Source of the DNA: Candidatus Obscuribacterales bacterium
GTDB taxonomy: Bacteria; Cyanobacteriota; Vampirovibrionia; Obscuribacterales; Obscuribacteraceae
Reading direction: 5' to 3'
Assembly (NCBI GenBank): GCA_965228855.1
Contig: CBDDIJ010000005.1
Span: 64,001 to 128,000 of the forward strand
Length of the DNA stretch: 64,000 bases
This document shows positions 1-10,036 of this stretch, in pieces (within the stretch, counting starts at the first letter, position 1; the number at the start of each line of letters is the position of its first letter). The translations under genes were made by a program, and so were the position numbers. The notes beneath the pieces are model-generated. The model was not told the DNA's origin and searched no databases. It worked only from the letters and a program-made list of their open reading frames with translations.

Positions 1-145
1 TCTTGGTAGTAAGTAGAGGAAAGCCTTCTCTTAGATCGTACTTAGATTGCAAACCGAACATTGATATCGTGCCGGTTCCAGTCCGGTCTTCACGACGCTC
101 ACCGTTTTCCAAAATATATCTAACCAGATCCAAGTACTGCTTCAT
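1..145 (-). CDS. thyA: Thymidylate synthase, N-terminal part (runs off window start)
   Basis: Not in the ORF track. Manual translation from ATG at 145 gives [48 protein letters not shown], which contains the ThyA DRTGTGT and FPLLTTK motifs. Confidence 0.95.
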   Translation of the reverse strand, partial: MKQYLDLVRYILENGERREDRTGTGTISMFGLQSKYDLREGFPLLTTK

Positions 146-479
146 AGTTCACCTCGGGATCTCCCCGCGCACATGTCCAGGGGAGGTCGATCCATATTTT
201 TCGCGACGCAGGAAAAGCGCTCCACGACTGGCTTTCCTTTGTTCATACATTTGCAAGGATAACACGTTTTCCAGGCAGTGATGTCAGCTCATTCGCGATC
301 TCAAGCAGTTAAAACCTATTGAAACCTTTGCTTGTCAACAACAACCTCGATTTCGAGAAACCCTAATCTATATATATTTACTTCAACTATAAATCTAGGA
401 TGAGCAATTCCAGCGATCCGGAAAATGCCGGGTAAGCTAAGTCTTCGTTCAACGGCTTCAATTTGGGAGAAAAACGGAG

Positions 480-2033
480 ATGCTCACAGAGTTTCGCAAT
501 GAACCTTTTACTGATTACAAGCAAAAGGATAACGAAGATGCCATGAGAGCTGCATTCGAGAAAGTCAGAGGCTGCTTCGGCAAATCGCATCCTCTCATCA
601 TCGGTGGTAAAGAAATTACGACCGGAGATGAAATGATCTCGACCAATCCCGGAAATCCCAGCGAAATCGTCGGCAAATTTTCAAAAGCCGGTATGAAAGA
701 AGCTGAACTCGCAATGGACGAAGCGCTCAAAGCATTCGATTCATGGAGCAAAGTAAATCCCACTGAACGCGCTCGATATTTATTCAAAGCAGCGGCAATC
801 ATGCGCGCAAGAAAGCACGAGTTCTCCGCATTGCTCTGCCTGGAAATTGGCAAGAACTGGGCTGAAGCTGATGCAGACACCGCGGAAGCAATCGACTTCT
901 GTGAGTTTTACGGACGAGAGATGATGCGTCTCTCGCAACCGCAGCCGCTTACAGCATGGCCCGGTGAAGAGAACGAATTGAGCTACATTCCGCTCGGAGT
1001 TGGTCTGGTAATACCGCCCTGGAATTTCCCGCTCGCCATCTGCGTTGGCATGACCACCGCAGCAATCGTCAGCGGCAACTCCGTAATATTGAAACCTTCG
1101 AGCGAAACGCCAATGATCGCTTATGCGTTCTGCAAGGTAATGGAAGAAGCCGGTCTCCCGCCGGGAGTGCTCAACTTCGTCCCTGGTCCTGGCGCATCGG
1201 TCGGCGACTTCCTGGTCACTCACGCGAAGACCCGCTTTATCGCCTTCACCGGAAGTAAGGAAGTCGGTCTGCGAATAAATGAACTTGCAGCCAAGCCACA
1301 AAAAGGACAACTCTGGATCAAGCGAGTTGTAGCCGAGATGGGAGGCAAGGATTCGATCGTTGTCGACAAAGACGCCGATCTTGATAGTGCCGCCGATGGT
1401 ATCGTCGCTTCCGCATTCGGATTCCAGGGACAAAAGTGCAGCGCCTGCTCGCGCGCCATCATCGTCGCAGACATCTACGATGAGATGGTCAAGAAAATCA
1501 AAGAGCGCACCGACAAACTGAAAATCGGAAAGTGCGAAGATCGCGACATCAACATGGGACCGGTCGCATCGAAATCAGCCTATGAAAGCATTCTCTCGTA
1601 CATTGAAGTAGGTAAGACCGAAGGCAAAGTAATTTCCGGCGGAGGAAAGGACGAGAGCAACAATGATGGTTTCTTCATCAAACCAACAGTGATAGCAGAT
1701 GTCGCACCAGGAGCCCGTATTTCTCAAGAAGAGATTTTCGGACCGGTTCTGGCCGTCATCAAAGCGAAGGATTGGACCGATGCGATCGATATTGCCAATA
1801 ACACTGAGTTTGGTTTGACTGGCGCGGTTTATTCGAAAAACAGAGCGCATATCGAGCAAGCTCGCCGCGACTTCCACGTCGGTAATTTGTATTTGAACCG
1901 GAAGTGCACCGGTGCGATGGTAGGCGTCCATCCCTTCGGCGGATTCAACATGAGCGGCACTGACTCCAAAGCTGGTGGCAAAGACTATTTGCTGTTGTTC
2001 ATGCAAGGCAAATCGGTGTCCGAGCGCTTCTGA
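480..2033 (+). CDS. pruA: L-glutamate gamma-semialdehyde (1-pyrroline-5-carboxylate) dehydrogenase, RocA/PruA type
   Basis: ALDH motifs PWNFP, FTGS, EMGGKD, FQGQKCSACSR, EEIFGP; family-typical N-terminus (FRNEPFTD) and C-terminus (SGTDSKAGGKDYL). Confidence 0.93.
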   Translation: MLTEFRNEPFTDYKQKDNEDAMRAAFEKVRGCFGKSHPLIIGGKEITTGDEMISTNPGNPSEIVGKFSKAGMKEAELAMDEALKAFDSWSKVNPTERARYLFKAAAIMRARKHEFSALLCLEIGKNWAEADADTAEAIDFCEFYGREMMRLSQPQPLTAWPGEENELSYIPLGVGLVIPPWNFPLAICVGMTTAAIVSGNSVILKPSSETPMIAYAFCKVMEEAGLPPGVLNFVPGPGASVGDFLVTHAKTRFIAFTGSKEVGLRINELAAKPQKGQLWIKRVVAEMGGKDSIVVDKDADLDSAADGIVASAFGFQGQKCSACSRAIIVADIYDEMVKKIKERTDKLKIGKCEDRDINMGPVASKSAYESILSYIEVGKTEGKVISGGGKDESNNDGFFIKPTVIADVAPGARISQEEIFGPVLAVIKAKDWTDAIDIANNTEFGLTGAVYSKNRAHIEQARRDFHVGNLYLNRKCTGAMVGVHPFGGFNMSGTDSKAGGKDYLLLFMQGKSVSERF

Positions 2034-2060
2034 TCGCTGCCATACTGCTTACTTAAATCG

Positions 2061-2089
2061 AGAGGAGATGTTTCGGCATCTCCTCTTTT
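2061..2089 (+). terminator. Rho-independent terminator of pruA
   Basis: AGAGGAGATG-TTTCGG-CATCTCCTCT 10-bp stem followed by TTT, 27 nt after the stop. Confidence 0.8.
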
Positions 2090-2347
2090 GACCTCATGAA
2101 ATCTAGAAAGCGGTTTCAAATTAGCAACAATTGGAGATGCCGACAGAGATATTGACAACAAGCGGACCCATTCGAATCGCTCGATTTCGTTGAGCTAAGG
2201 CTATCGCAGACATAGTCAAGTGATTCGAAGGACGTCCGGATTGGCTTTTGGAGGTCGTTGTTACCTAAAAGGTCTGCTAAACTACATATCCGGTACTTTT
2301 AGTAAGGCAGCCCTAGATGCGGACACGAAACCTGGTGGGAGGATTAG

Positions 2348-2785
2348 ATGGTTGAATCCATTCAACTCATCCGACAAATTGCTGTAAGAGCGATCGTCAC
2401 TGAGAACTTCAAAAACCAGGTGAGCAACGAAATTCAGCGCAACCTTCAGCAAATTGACGCTGAGTTGCAGCAACTCGAATTCAAGGGCAAGCGCGCAGTA
2501 TCCGAAATCGAAAAGCGCTCTCAGGGCGTGATGACCGCCGATGCCCGTGTGCAGATCGAAACTATTCGTGGTCAGGTCGAGCAAGAAAAAATGCGACTGC
2601 TTCAGCTCAAAGAAGAGATGATGGGGCAGAATCAAGCACTTTCCGAGCTTCCGATTGGTAGCGTAGTAACGCAGTTTACGGTTGAAAACCCGGTTGAAGT
2701 CAGAGTCGGCGAGAATATCTTCCAACGTCTCGAAGGCGGTGAGATTCTCGTCAAAGACGGCATCATTCAGGAGATCCGAATTTAG
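2348..2785 (+). CDS. YlqD family protein
   Basis: N-terminal I.L.R.I.V.AIVTE.FK, coiled coil with LQQLEF, C-terminal VEVRVGEN...EILVKDGIIQEIR; SD GGGAGG upstream. Confidence 0.85.
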   Translation: MVESIQLIRQIAVRAIVTENFKNQVSNEIQRNLQQIDAELQQLEFKGKRAVSEIEKRSQGVMTADARVQIETIRGQVEQEKMRLLQLKEEMMGQNQALSELPIGSVVTQFTVENPVEVRVGENIFQRLEGGEILVKDGIIQEIRI

Positions 2786-2810
2786 AAAACGAATTCACCA
2801 GGCGTGTTTT

Positions 2811-2838
2811 GAGGCGACTCCGATCCGGGTCGCCTTTT
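2811..2838 (+). terminator. Rho-independent terminator after ylqD-family gene
   Basis: GAGGCGACTC-CGATCC-GGGTCGCCTT stem (G-U pairs) running into a T-tract. Confidence 0.7.
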
Positions 2839-3092
2839 AGTTACTGCCACTACATATGGTGCCGAAACGGTCATAGTTCGACAGACAGCATCGTCACGCC
2901 GCCGCCGAAAGTAACGCTCGACGATCAAAGATTTGGAAGCACCACCAACGGTGACTATCACTGGAAATATCATCACTGAAACGAGTGCGTCCAAGAGTGT
3001 GTTGTTTACCAAAGAACTAAGGTCCAAGCGAGACTCTTAGGTTTGGCCAGCAGTTGTGCTCGGCTCAAACGTTATTAGTCCTCAAACGTCGA

Positions 3093-3116
3093 GAGGCGGC
3101 TCAATTGAGCCGCCTC
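3093..3116. terminator. Perfect 24-bp palindrome, probable terminator of the sigma factor gene
   Basis: GAGGCGGCTCAATTGAGCCGCCTC is self-complementary and lies 35 nt downstream of the sigma stop; the U-tract is weak. Confidence 0.5.
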
Positions 3117-3151
3117 CAATATCGAGATTCCTGCAAAATCAATGACTCGAC

Positions 3152-4168
3152 TTACTCTTCGAGATAATCCTTCAGCTGGTCGCTAGCCTGAGATTGTCTC
3201 AAAAAGCGAAGTGCTTTGAGTTCAATCTGACGTGTGCGCTCACGAGTAATGCCGACAAGTCTTCCGACCTGCTCGAGCGTCCGTGGCTTTCCGTCATTCA
3301 GACCGAAACGCAGAATCAAGACTTCGCGCTCGCGCGCTGTCAGTACAGACAGCACTTTTCGGACATCGTCCGACATGAGACTTGTCGCAGTCGCGTCTTC
3401 AGGAGTCTTTGAAGACTCATCTTCGACTAGCTCGGCTAGCGTGTTGTCATCGTCTTCGCCATATGGAGTATCCAGCGACAGCGGCGATCGGTTTGCGGCC
3501 AAAATATCTTTGACTTTAGCAAGCGAAACATCCATTTCTTTCGCGAGTTCTTCCATTGTCGGTCTGCGGTCGAGCTTTTGAGACAACGACCGAGTTGCTT
3601 TACGCAGGTTATTGATGGTCTCTACCATGTGAACCGGCACGCGAATCGTTCGAGATTTGTCGGCCAGCGCTCGGGTGATACCTTGTCTTATCCACCAGGT
3701 TGCATAGGTGGAGAACTTGTATCCGCGCTCCGGATCAAACTTTTCGGCAGCGCGGATAAGACCGAGATTGCCTTCCTGAATAAGGTCGAGAAAGGGCAAT
3801 CCACGATTCTGATACTTCTTAGCGACGCTTACGACGAGGCGCAGATTGGCCTGCACGAGCCGCTTCTTCGCCAGAGGATCGCCGGCGGCGACACGACGAG
3901 CCAGCTCGATCTCCTCACTAGCCGATAGAAGCTTTACTCTACCAATAGATCGTAGATAGAATTGAACCGGGTCTTCCGATACGACCACTCCACCGCGACG
4001 CTTGGTCGCGATAGCGACGTTTTCTTCGCCATCATCACTATCATCAAACAAATCATCATCGGCGGAACTCGCCGCGAAATCTGCTCCAGGGAATGAAGGC
4101 ATGAATTCGTCTAGACCGATCTCGTCGGCCATCGGACTATAGTTTTGTGTACTTGCTCTTCTTGCCAT
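3152..4168 (-). CDS. RpoD/SigA-family sigma-70 factor (group 2-like, no full region 1.1)
   Basis: Region 1.2 ([11 protein letters not shown]), region 2 ([34 protein letters not shown]), region 4 (TLEQVG...TRERTRQIE). Start chosen at ATG 4168; the ORF is open to 4234. Confidence 0.92.
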   Translation of the reverse strand: MARRASTQNYSPMADEIGLDEFMPSFPGADFAASSADDDLFDDSDDGEENVAIATKRRGGVVVSEDPVQFYLRSIGRVKLLSASEEIELARRVAAGDPLAKKRLVQANLRLVVSVAKKYQNRGLPFLDLIQEGNLGLIRAAEKFDPERGYKFSTYATWWIRQGITRALADKSRTIRVPVHMVETINNLRKATRSLSQKLDRRPTMEELAKEMDVSLAKVKDILAANRSPLSLDTPYGEDDDNTLAELVEDESSKTPEDATATSLMSDDVRKVLSVLTAREREVLILRFGLNDGKPRTLEQVGRLVGITRERTRQIELKALRFLRQSQASDQLKDYLEE

Positions 4169-4711
4169 TGTGTCCGTGTAGCTTTTCACTACTCTTGGGG
4201 TTGAGAGAAACGTCCTGTTCAGGTGTGGGCACAAAACTTCCGCCCTTGTAAAAAAGCGGTTAACTCATTTTGTCCAAACCCACAAATTGGGGTGACGCCT
4301 TCCCTATTAAAATGTTCCACCCTTTCCCTTGATAACCGGGTTAACCCTAGATCTGTTTTGCATAGTGTTACCATTGCGATCAGCTCAGGCTATTACCGCG
4401 TAAAACGCCCATCTGGTCAGGGTTTTCATTCCCGAACAATGTAGATGTTCAGACGTCACATCCTTATACTTCCATACGACGATAAGCCACGGAACGCCCA
4501 CCAGTACAGTTAACTTACTGAACGTCCCCGAGCATGAGAATCACCCGGGTGATGTTCACCAGTGTCCGTTTTTATCGCTTTCGTCTACTTCAGTAAGCAA
4601 CTTTCTCTGAGAATTGTCTGAAGAACGCAAGCCTGGCGACAATTGAACATTTCAAGCTGATAGTCTTGCCTGGTTACAAGACCGCTTATTCGTACGAAAT
4701 AGGATACAACC

Positions 4712-5926
4712 GTGAGGCATATTCACACAAAAACCAGGGCGCTGCTTGCCTTCGCAGCCTTGCTAGCGATGATTTCGCCCTCTCCGTCAATCGCAGCCGG
4801 CGCTGACGACTACAGTGTCAAACCGACGGCACCCGCCATTAAGACGACGCCAGAATCGACATCCGAACCATCGATGGAGATGCCGGAGATCAAATACGAA
4901 CTCGGCAAACAGCCGTTGAAACAGCATCCGGGAGGCGCCTCCAACGAAGCGACCGCGCTGAACTTTCCGATCTCCAAGGGACTCGCTGGTGTTTCAATGT
5001 TTCTGAAACCAGGCGCCCTGCGTGAGCTTCACTGGCACGCAAACGCGGCAGAGTGGGCGTATGTCATCAATGGTCACTGCAGAATCACCATTATCGATCC
5101 CGAAGGCCATAAGGAAATCAAAGATTTCGGTCCAGGTGACGTCTGGTACTTCCCTCGCGGTCACGGTCACTCAATCCAGGGTATCGGACCGGAAGAGTGT
5201 CATTTCATACTCGTTTTCGACAGCGGTTATTTTTCCGAGTTTGCCACTTTCAGCGCAAGCGATTGGATTGCGCAAACTCCATCCGAAGTCCTCGCGAAAA
5301 ACTTTGGCATGTCTGCCTCGGCATTCAAAGATTTCCCGAAGAAGGAGGTTTATATCAGCCAGGGTCCGGTTCCCACGGCGCTTCCGACGGATCCGCCTCC
5401 GGATAGCGACAATCCGCCGCCCCTCACTCACAAATTCTCACTCGGCGGCAAAATTCCGACTGTCACCGCCGGCGGTAGCATGACGCTTGTAGATCAGAAA
5501 CAATTTCCAATCTCTACCACCATGAGCGGTGCGATTCTGAAGATGAAACCGTATGCGATGCGGCAATTGCACTGGCATCCAAACGCCGATGAATGGCAGT
5601 ATTATATCAAAGGTCGCGCCCGCATGACTGTCTTCGGCTCACAGGGGCGGAAAATCACGAGAGAGTTCGGTCCAGGCGATGTAGGCTATGTACCCATGGG
5701 CTACGGGCATTATCTTGAAACGGTAGGAAACGAAGAGTGTGAGATGCTCGCAGTTTTCAACTCTGGAACCTATCAGGAAATCTCTTTGTCCGAATGGCTC
5801 GCAAACACGCCCAAGCAGTTGCTGGAAACCAACTTTGGAGTTTCTCCCAGCATCATCGATTCGCTTCGAAAGGGGGCAGGTCTGTTCAGCAAGCCGATGG
5901 GACCTGTGAGCATTCCGAACGAATAG
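4712..5926 (+). CDS. oxdC: Oxalate decarboxylase-family Mn bicupin with N-terminal signal peptide
   Basis: Two cupin Mn sites (RELHWH...EW...GHSIQ and RQLHWH...EWQY...GHY); lid FSEFATF; hydrophobic leader LLAFAALLAM...SIAA. Confidence 0.88.
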   Translation: MRHIHTKTRALLAFAALLAMISPSPSIAAGADDYSVKPTAPAIKTTPESTSEPSMEMPEIKYELGKQPLKQHPGGASNEATALNFPISKGLAGVSMFLKPGALRELHWHANAAEWAYVINGHCRITIIDPEGHKEIKDFGPGDVWYFPRGHGHSIQGIGPEECHFILVFDSGYFSEFATFSASDWIAQTPSEVLAKNFGMSASAFKDFPKKEVYISQGPVPTALPTDPPPDSDNPPPLTHKFSLGGKIPTVTAGGSMTLVDQKQFPISTTMSGAILKMKPYAMRQLHWHPNADEWQYYIKGRARMTVFGSQGRKITREFGPGDVGYVPMGYGHYLETVGNEECEMLAVFNSGTYQEISLSEWLANTPKQLLETNFGVSPSIIDSLRKGAGLFSKPMGPVSIPNE

Positions 5927-6785
5927 TTTCAATTCTGTGCGAACCACTATAGATATTGAATCTATCTTCTCTGACAAAACCTACCAGCGTGATGCCGGCT
6001 TCCGAAGCCAGTTCTACGGCAAGACTCGAAGGAGCCCCTACCGCGGCAACCATTCGAATGCCGGCATTTACCCCTTTTTGAATGAGTTCAAAACTGGCGC
6101 GCCCACTGAGAAACAGAATGGACTGATCGAGCGGCACGCTTTTTCGCATCAACATTGCTCCGACGAGCTTGTCGAGGGCGTTATGTCGCCCCACATCTTC
6201 TCTGAGTTCGATTAATCGTCCCGAAGGAGTGAACAGAGCAGACGCGTGAATACCGCCTGTTGTGTCGAAGTCACTCTGCATCAGGCGCACGCTCCGAGAC
6301 ATGGTTGTAAAAACAGTACAATCTACTGTGAAAGAGTCTGATTCCAGGTCCGGTCGCGATAGTAGGCTCGAACAGTTCGGAGCTGAGTTAGAAGCATCAA
6401 CGCGTTTTAAAACGCTTGCAATAGACTTCTTTCCGCATACCCCACAGCTTGAGTTTACATACGAATGTCGTTCCAACCCCTCAAAGGTAAAGGACACACC
6501 GGCTTTGAGCGAGACGACTACGCCGTTGCATTTATCCAGTGTGATTTTATCAATCTGAGAATAGCTTTCAATAATCGACTCTGCAAATAGAAAGCCGGCC
6601 GCGAGTTCGGCATCATTGCCGGGGGTACGCATGGTGACTGCAACTGTTCGGATCTCCCCGTCAAACTCAATCTTTATCTCGAGTGGCTCCTCTACCGACA
6701 AGCTATCGGAACAGGCTTCTAAAGCGCCACCACGGAATTTATGCGTCTCTACCACGACGATGTTTCTGTCGTTTCTTCGCTTCAT
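5886..6785 (-). CDS. fdhD: Formate dehydrogenase accessory sulfurtransferase FdhD
   Basis: VEEPL, TMRTPG.D.ELAAGFL, SSCGVCG, TGGIHA, EDVGRHNALDK, SGRASFEL. Confidence 0.95.
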   Translation of the reverse strand: MKRRNDRNIVVVETHKFRGGALEACSDSLSVEEPLEIKIEFDGEIRTVAVTMRTPGNDAELAAGFLFAESIIESYSQIDKITLDKCNGVVVSLKAGVSFTFEGLERHSYVNSSCGVCGKKSIASVLKRVDASNSAPNCSSLLSRPDLESDSFTVDCTVFTTMSRSVRLMQSDFDTTGGIHASALFTPSGRLIELREDVGRHNALDKLVGAMLMRKSVPLDQSILFLSGRASFELIQKGVNAGIRMVAAVGAPSSLAVELASEAGITLVGFVREDRFNIYSGSHRIETIRSECSQVPSAC

Positions 6786-6795
6786 ATCCCCCCCA

Positions 6796-9117
6796 CTATG
6801 ATTGAATTTCGGATCGAGTTATATCCACGAGAATCTGCTTCATGAGAGGCTGATCGCTCTGCTCGCTGTAGTCTCCGAGCGGTATTAGGACATTTAACTC
6901 AGGCATGTAACCTGCCACGCTTCCTTTCGGAATGTTATATCTGACAGCGCGAAACCCTGATATCGAGCGCGTAGAGCCATCCTTTGCGTAGGAAACGATA
7001 TCAGTCTCATCGAACTCTTCCAAACCGCGACTTTGCATGTCTATTTCGTTCATCAACACCAGTCTCCGAAGGTTGTGAACGCCGCGATAGCGATCGTTGT
7101 TTGAGTACACAGTGGTGTTGAATTGATCGTGAGAGCGCATTGTACAGAGCATCAGCTTCCCGGCTGGTGGCAGAGTATCGCGCAGTGGAACAGCGGAGAA
7201 ATTAGCCTTCCCTGTATCGGTGAGAAACTTCAGTTCTCGAGCGGGCTGAGCGAGCCTGAAACCGAGGGGCTCACGAACGCGCTTGTTGAAATTCTCAAAG
7301 CCGTCAATCGCTTCGGACATCCTATCGCGTATCAAATCGTAATTCCCAACAAACGCTTCCCAGGGCGTATTCGAGGCAGGCATTGTTGCACGCGCGATAC
7401 CAGCGATGATGGCACATTCGGAGCGAAGTTTGTCAGAAGCTGGTCGACGAGTTCCCCGAGAGAGGTGAACCATACTCATCGAATCTTCCACGGTAATCTG
7501 TTGTGGACCAGCTGCCTGTTCGTCGTTTTCCGTCCTCCCCAAACAGGGCAGAATAAGCGCATCTTTGCCGTGTATGACATGGCTGCGATTGAGTTTCGTA
7601 CTGACATGCACGGTCAATGGACAACGCCGCATTGCTTCGAAAGTTTTTTCGGTATCAGGGGTAGCAGAAGCGAAGTTTCCGCCCATGCCGATGAAAACCT
7701 TTACGCGCCCCTCGTACATGGCTTCGATTGTTCTAACCGTATCAAGCCCGTGTTCTCGCGGCGATGTGATACCACAAGCTTGATCCATTTTGGCTAGCCA
7801 CGCCTCAGGCGGCGCGTGGTGAATGCCGCAGGTTCTATTACCCTGAACGTTGCTATGTCCGCGAATGGGAACAGCTCCAGCGCCCTCTTTTCCGAGGTTG
7901 CCGCGCAGTAAAAGAACGTTTACGATTTCTCTTATGGTGTCAACACCAAACTCGTGCTGAGTGACTCCCAAACACCAGCTCATGATCGCGGTTTTCGCCT
8001 GCCGGTAAATCTCTGCAGCTTTTACAATTTCGGCTTTTGAAACGCCTGATTGCTTTTCTATATCCTCCCACTTTGTGCTTTCGCAAACATTCTTGTAAGC
8101 CTCAAAACCGTGCGTATGTTTTTCGATAAATGAAACATCAAGCGCGGAGCTGTCAGATTGAAACTGTTCGAGCAAATACTTGCCAATTCCGCGGATAATT
8201 GCAAAGTCGCCTCCGACGCGAGGTTGTAAGTTCAAGGATGACGTTTTCGTCGATTTGAAAGTGAGCATAGCCATGATCTCGTGAGGCGTGATTGCCTCTG
8301 TGGCTGCAACTTCTATCAGCGGATTAATGTGAACTATTTTCATATCTCGCTCGTTAACGCCGTCACCAAGAGCAGTAAGCATGCGCGGAGCGTTCGTTGC
8401 GACGTTCACACCAATCACAAAGATTGCATCGGTCTTCTGCAAATCAACCAGATCGCAAGTGCCCTTTCCGGTTCCAATCGCCGCACTGAGAGCGCGTCCA
8501 CTCGCTTCATGACACATATTTGAGCAGTCCGGAAGATTGTTGGTTCCGAACTCACGAGCGAACAGCTGATACAAAAAGGTGGCTTCGTTCGATAAGCGCC
8601 CTGATGTGTAGAAACTCGCTTCGTTAGGCGATTCCAGCGAGTTCAAATGCTGAGCAATCAGCTGAAAGGCGTCACTCCAACTGACCGGCACGTAGCGATC
8701 GGTTGTTGCGTTATAGCGCATGGGTTCAGTCAAACGCCCGACGTTCTCCAACTCGAAATCGCTGCATGTTTCCAGTTGCTTTACCGGATGACGTTCAAAC
8801 CATTCTCTATCGCAGCGCTTCTTAGTCATCTCCCAGCTGACGTGCTTGATGCCATTTTCGCAAATGTCCATCCGCAGCCCTTTGCGGTCATCAGGCCAGG
8901 CACATCCGGGGCAATCGAACCCGCCGTTTTCATGATTCATCCGAAAGATTGCTTCGACGCCTTGAACGACCTCTTGCTGTTCAATCAAGACGCGAGCAAC
9001 ACTGAAAGCCGCGCCCCATGCTGCAGCGGGATGTTTGTAGTCTTTCTGCGAAAAATTACGCTTTAGCTTTTTCCTCGCCAATTTGCCTGCAACATCGAGT
9101 GGTTTCTTATCATCCAT
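6796..9117 (-). CDS. FdhF/YdeP-family molybdopterin oxidoreductase (putative formate dehydrogenase)
   Basis: GFDCPGCAW, CENG, YTSGR.SNE, NLPDCSNMCHE, RGHSNVQG, RSHDQFNTTVY; adjacent to fdhD. Start at ATG 9117 follows AAAAGGGA; the ORF is open to 9156. Confidence 0.92.
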   Translation of the reverse strand: MDDKKPLDVAGKLARKKLKRNFSQKDYKHPAAAWGAAFSVARVLIEQQEVVQGVEAIFRMNHENGGFDCPGCAWPDDRKGLRMDICENGIKHVSWEMTKKRCDREWFERHPVKQLETCSDFELENVGRLTEPMRYNATTDRYVPVSWSDAFQLIAQHLNSLESPNEASFYTSGRLSNEATFLYQLFAREFGTNNLPDCSNMCHEASGRALSAAIGTGKGTCDLVDLQKTDAIFVIGVNVATNAPRMLTALGDGVNERDMKIVHINPLIEVAATEAITPHEIMAMLTFKSTKTSSLNLQPRVGGDFAIIRGIGKYLLEQFQSDSSALDVSFIEKHTHGFEAYKNVCESTKWEDIEKQSGVSKAEIVKAAEIYRQAKTAIMSWCLGVTQHEFGVDTIREIVNVLLLRGNLGKEGAGAVPIRGHSNVQGNRTCGIHHAPPEAWLAKMDQACGITSPREHGLDTVRTIEAMYEGRVKVFIGMGGNFASATPDTEKTFEAMRRCPLTVHVSTKLNRSHVIHGKDALILPCLGRTENDEQAAGPQQITVEDSMSMVHLSRGTRRPASDKLRSECAIIAGIARATMPASNTPWEAFVGNYDLIRDRMSEAIDGFENFNKRVREPLGFRLAQPARELKFLTDTGKANFSAVPLRDTLPPAGKLMLCTMRSHDQFNTTVYSNNDRYRGVHNLRRLVLMNEIDMQSRGLEEFDETDIVSYAKDGSTRSISGFRAVRYNIPKGSVAGYMPELNVLIPLGDYSEQSDQPLMKQILVDITRSEIQS

Positions 9118-9251
9118 GCGGATTCCCTTTTGATTGGACACTCGTCCAAAACTCATTATGAATTTGTATATGCCTATCTATTTCCCGCGATTTTTGTGTA
9201 CTAAACAGCTGACAGAATGAGCGTTTCCGGAGAAGTGTAGAAAATAGTATC

Positions 9252-9785
9252 GTGATAGACTGGGATAAGCAGTCAGACGAGAGAGCGGGTATGGTCAAAG
9301 TCGCAGGGTTCTTAATCGCGTTCTTCTCGATCGTCGGCTTCTTAACGATGTCGGCGGCTCGAACGGAAGCGCCTAGAGCCAGAGTACAGACGCCAGTTAT
9401 CGTCTGCACAAAAGAATTGAAGGCCGGCAGCAAAATATCCGCAAACTCGTTTGTGCAGGTGTTACAAGCGGATGTCCCCGTCAATGCAGCGACAGAACCT
9501 GTACATGTCACGGGTATGTACATAAATTGCAACCGCCGAGTTGGCGACAGAATTTACTTACAAGATCTGCTTCATGACCGCTCGAACATCATTGTGTCAG
9601 CCTATAGGACCAAAAGAAAAATCGAGAATGGTGAGGCGCTCAATCTGAGTAATGTTGCACTGGATCGAGCTGCGATCGGTGAGCTTCCACCTGCTTACAT
9701 TTCCAATTGCTCTCAATTCAACTCAAAGTCCGCCGCGCGAGACCTTGATGCCTACAGTTTTTTCGCTGCCGGTGACATAAAGTAA
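9252..9785 (+). CDS. Membrane-anchored SAF-domain protein (FlgA/CpaB-like)
   Basis: N-terminal TM helix, then two SAF-like units (VIVCTKELKAGSKI; TKRKIENGEALNLSNV...AARDL). Confidence 0.6.
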   Translation: MIDWDKQSDERAGMVKVAGFLIAFFSIVGFLTMSAARTEAPRARVQTPVIVCTKELKAGSKISANSFVQVLQADVPVNAATEPVHVTGMYINCNRRVGDRIYLQDLLHDRSNIIVSAYRTKRKIENGEALNLSNVALDRAAIGELPPAYISNCSQFNSKSAARDLDAYSFFAAGDIK

Positions 9786-10036
9786 TGGCAAAGCCAGCCA
9801 TGTGGCTACACTCTTTGCGTCTAAAATCCTCGCTTTTGCAAAAGTGGGAATTCCGAAGAAGTCCGCTAGCGGCCGCGTCCAAAGTCGTGACAGGCGTTCA
9901 CCCTTTGCTCACCGATACGATATTCAACCCTCTCCATCTCCGAACGAAAGACGCTGAGGATGTCGGCAAAAAAACCGACGATCACGCACAGAAAAATGCA
10001 AAGTATTGCGCACCTGGCCATAATTTCAGTTTAGCA

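Noticed and set aside
3..281. 92-aa plus-strand ORF
   Set aside because: Antisense shadow of thyA, which is the real gene on the minus strand.
2282..2725. 147-aa minus-strand ORF
   Set aside because: Shadow of the YlqD-family gene.
2782..3027. 81-aa minus-strand ORF
   Set aside because: TTG start without a clear SD, runs through the ylqD terminator, no motifs.
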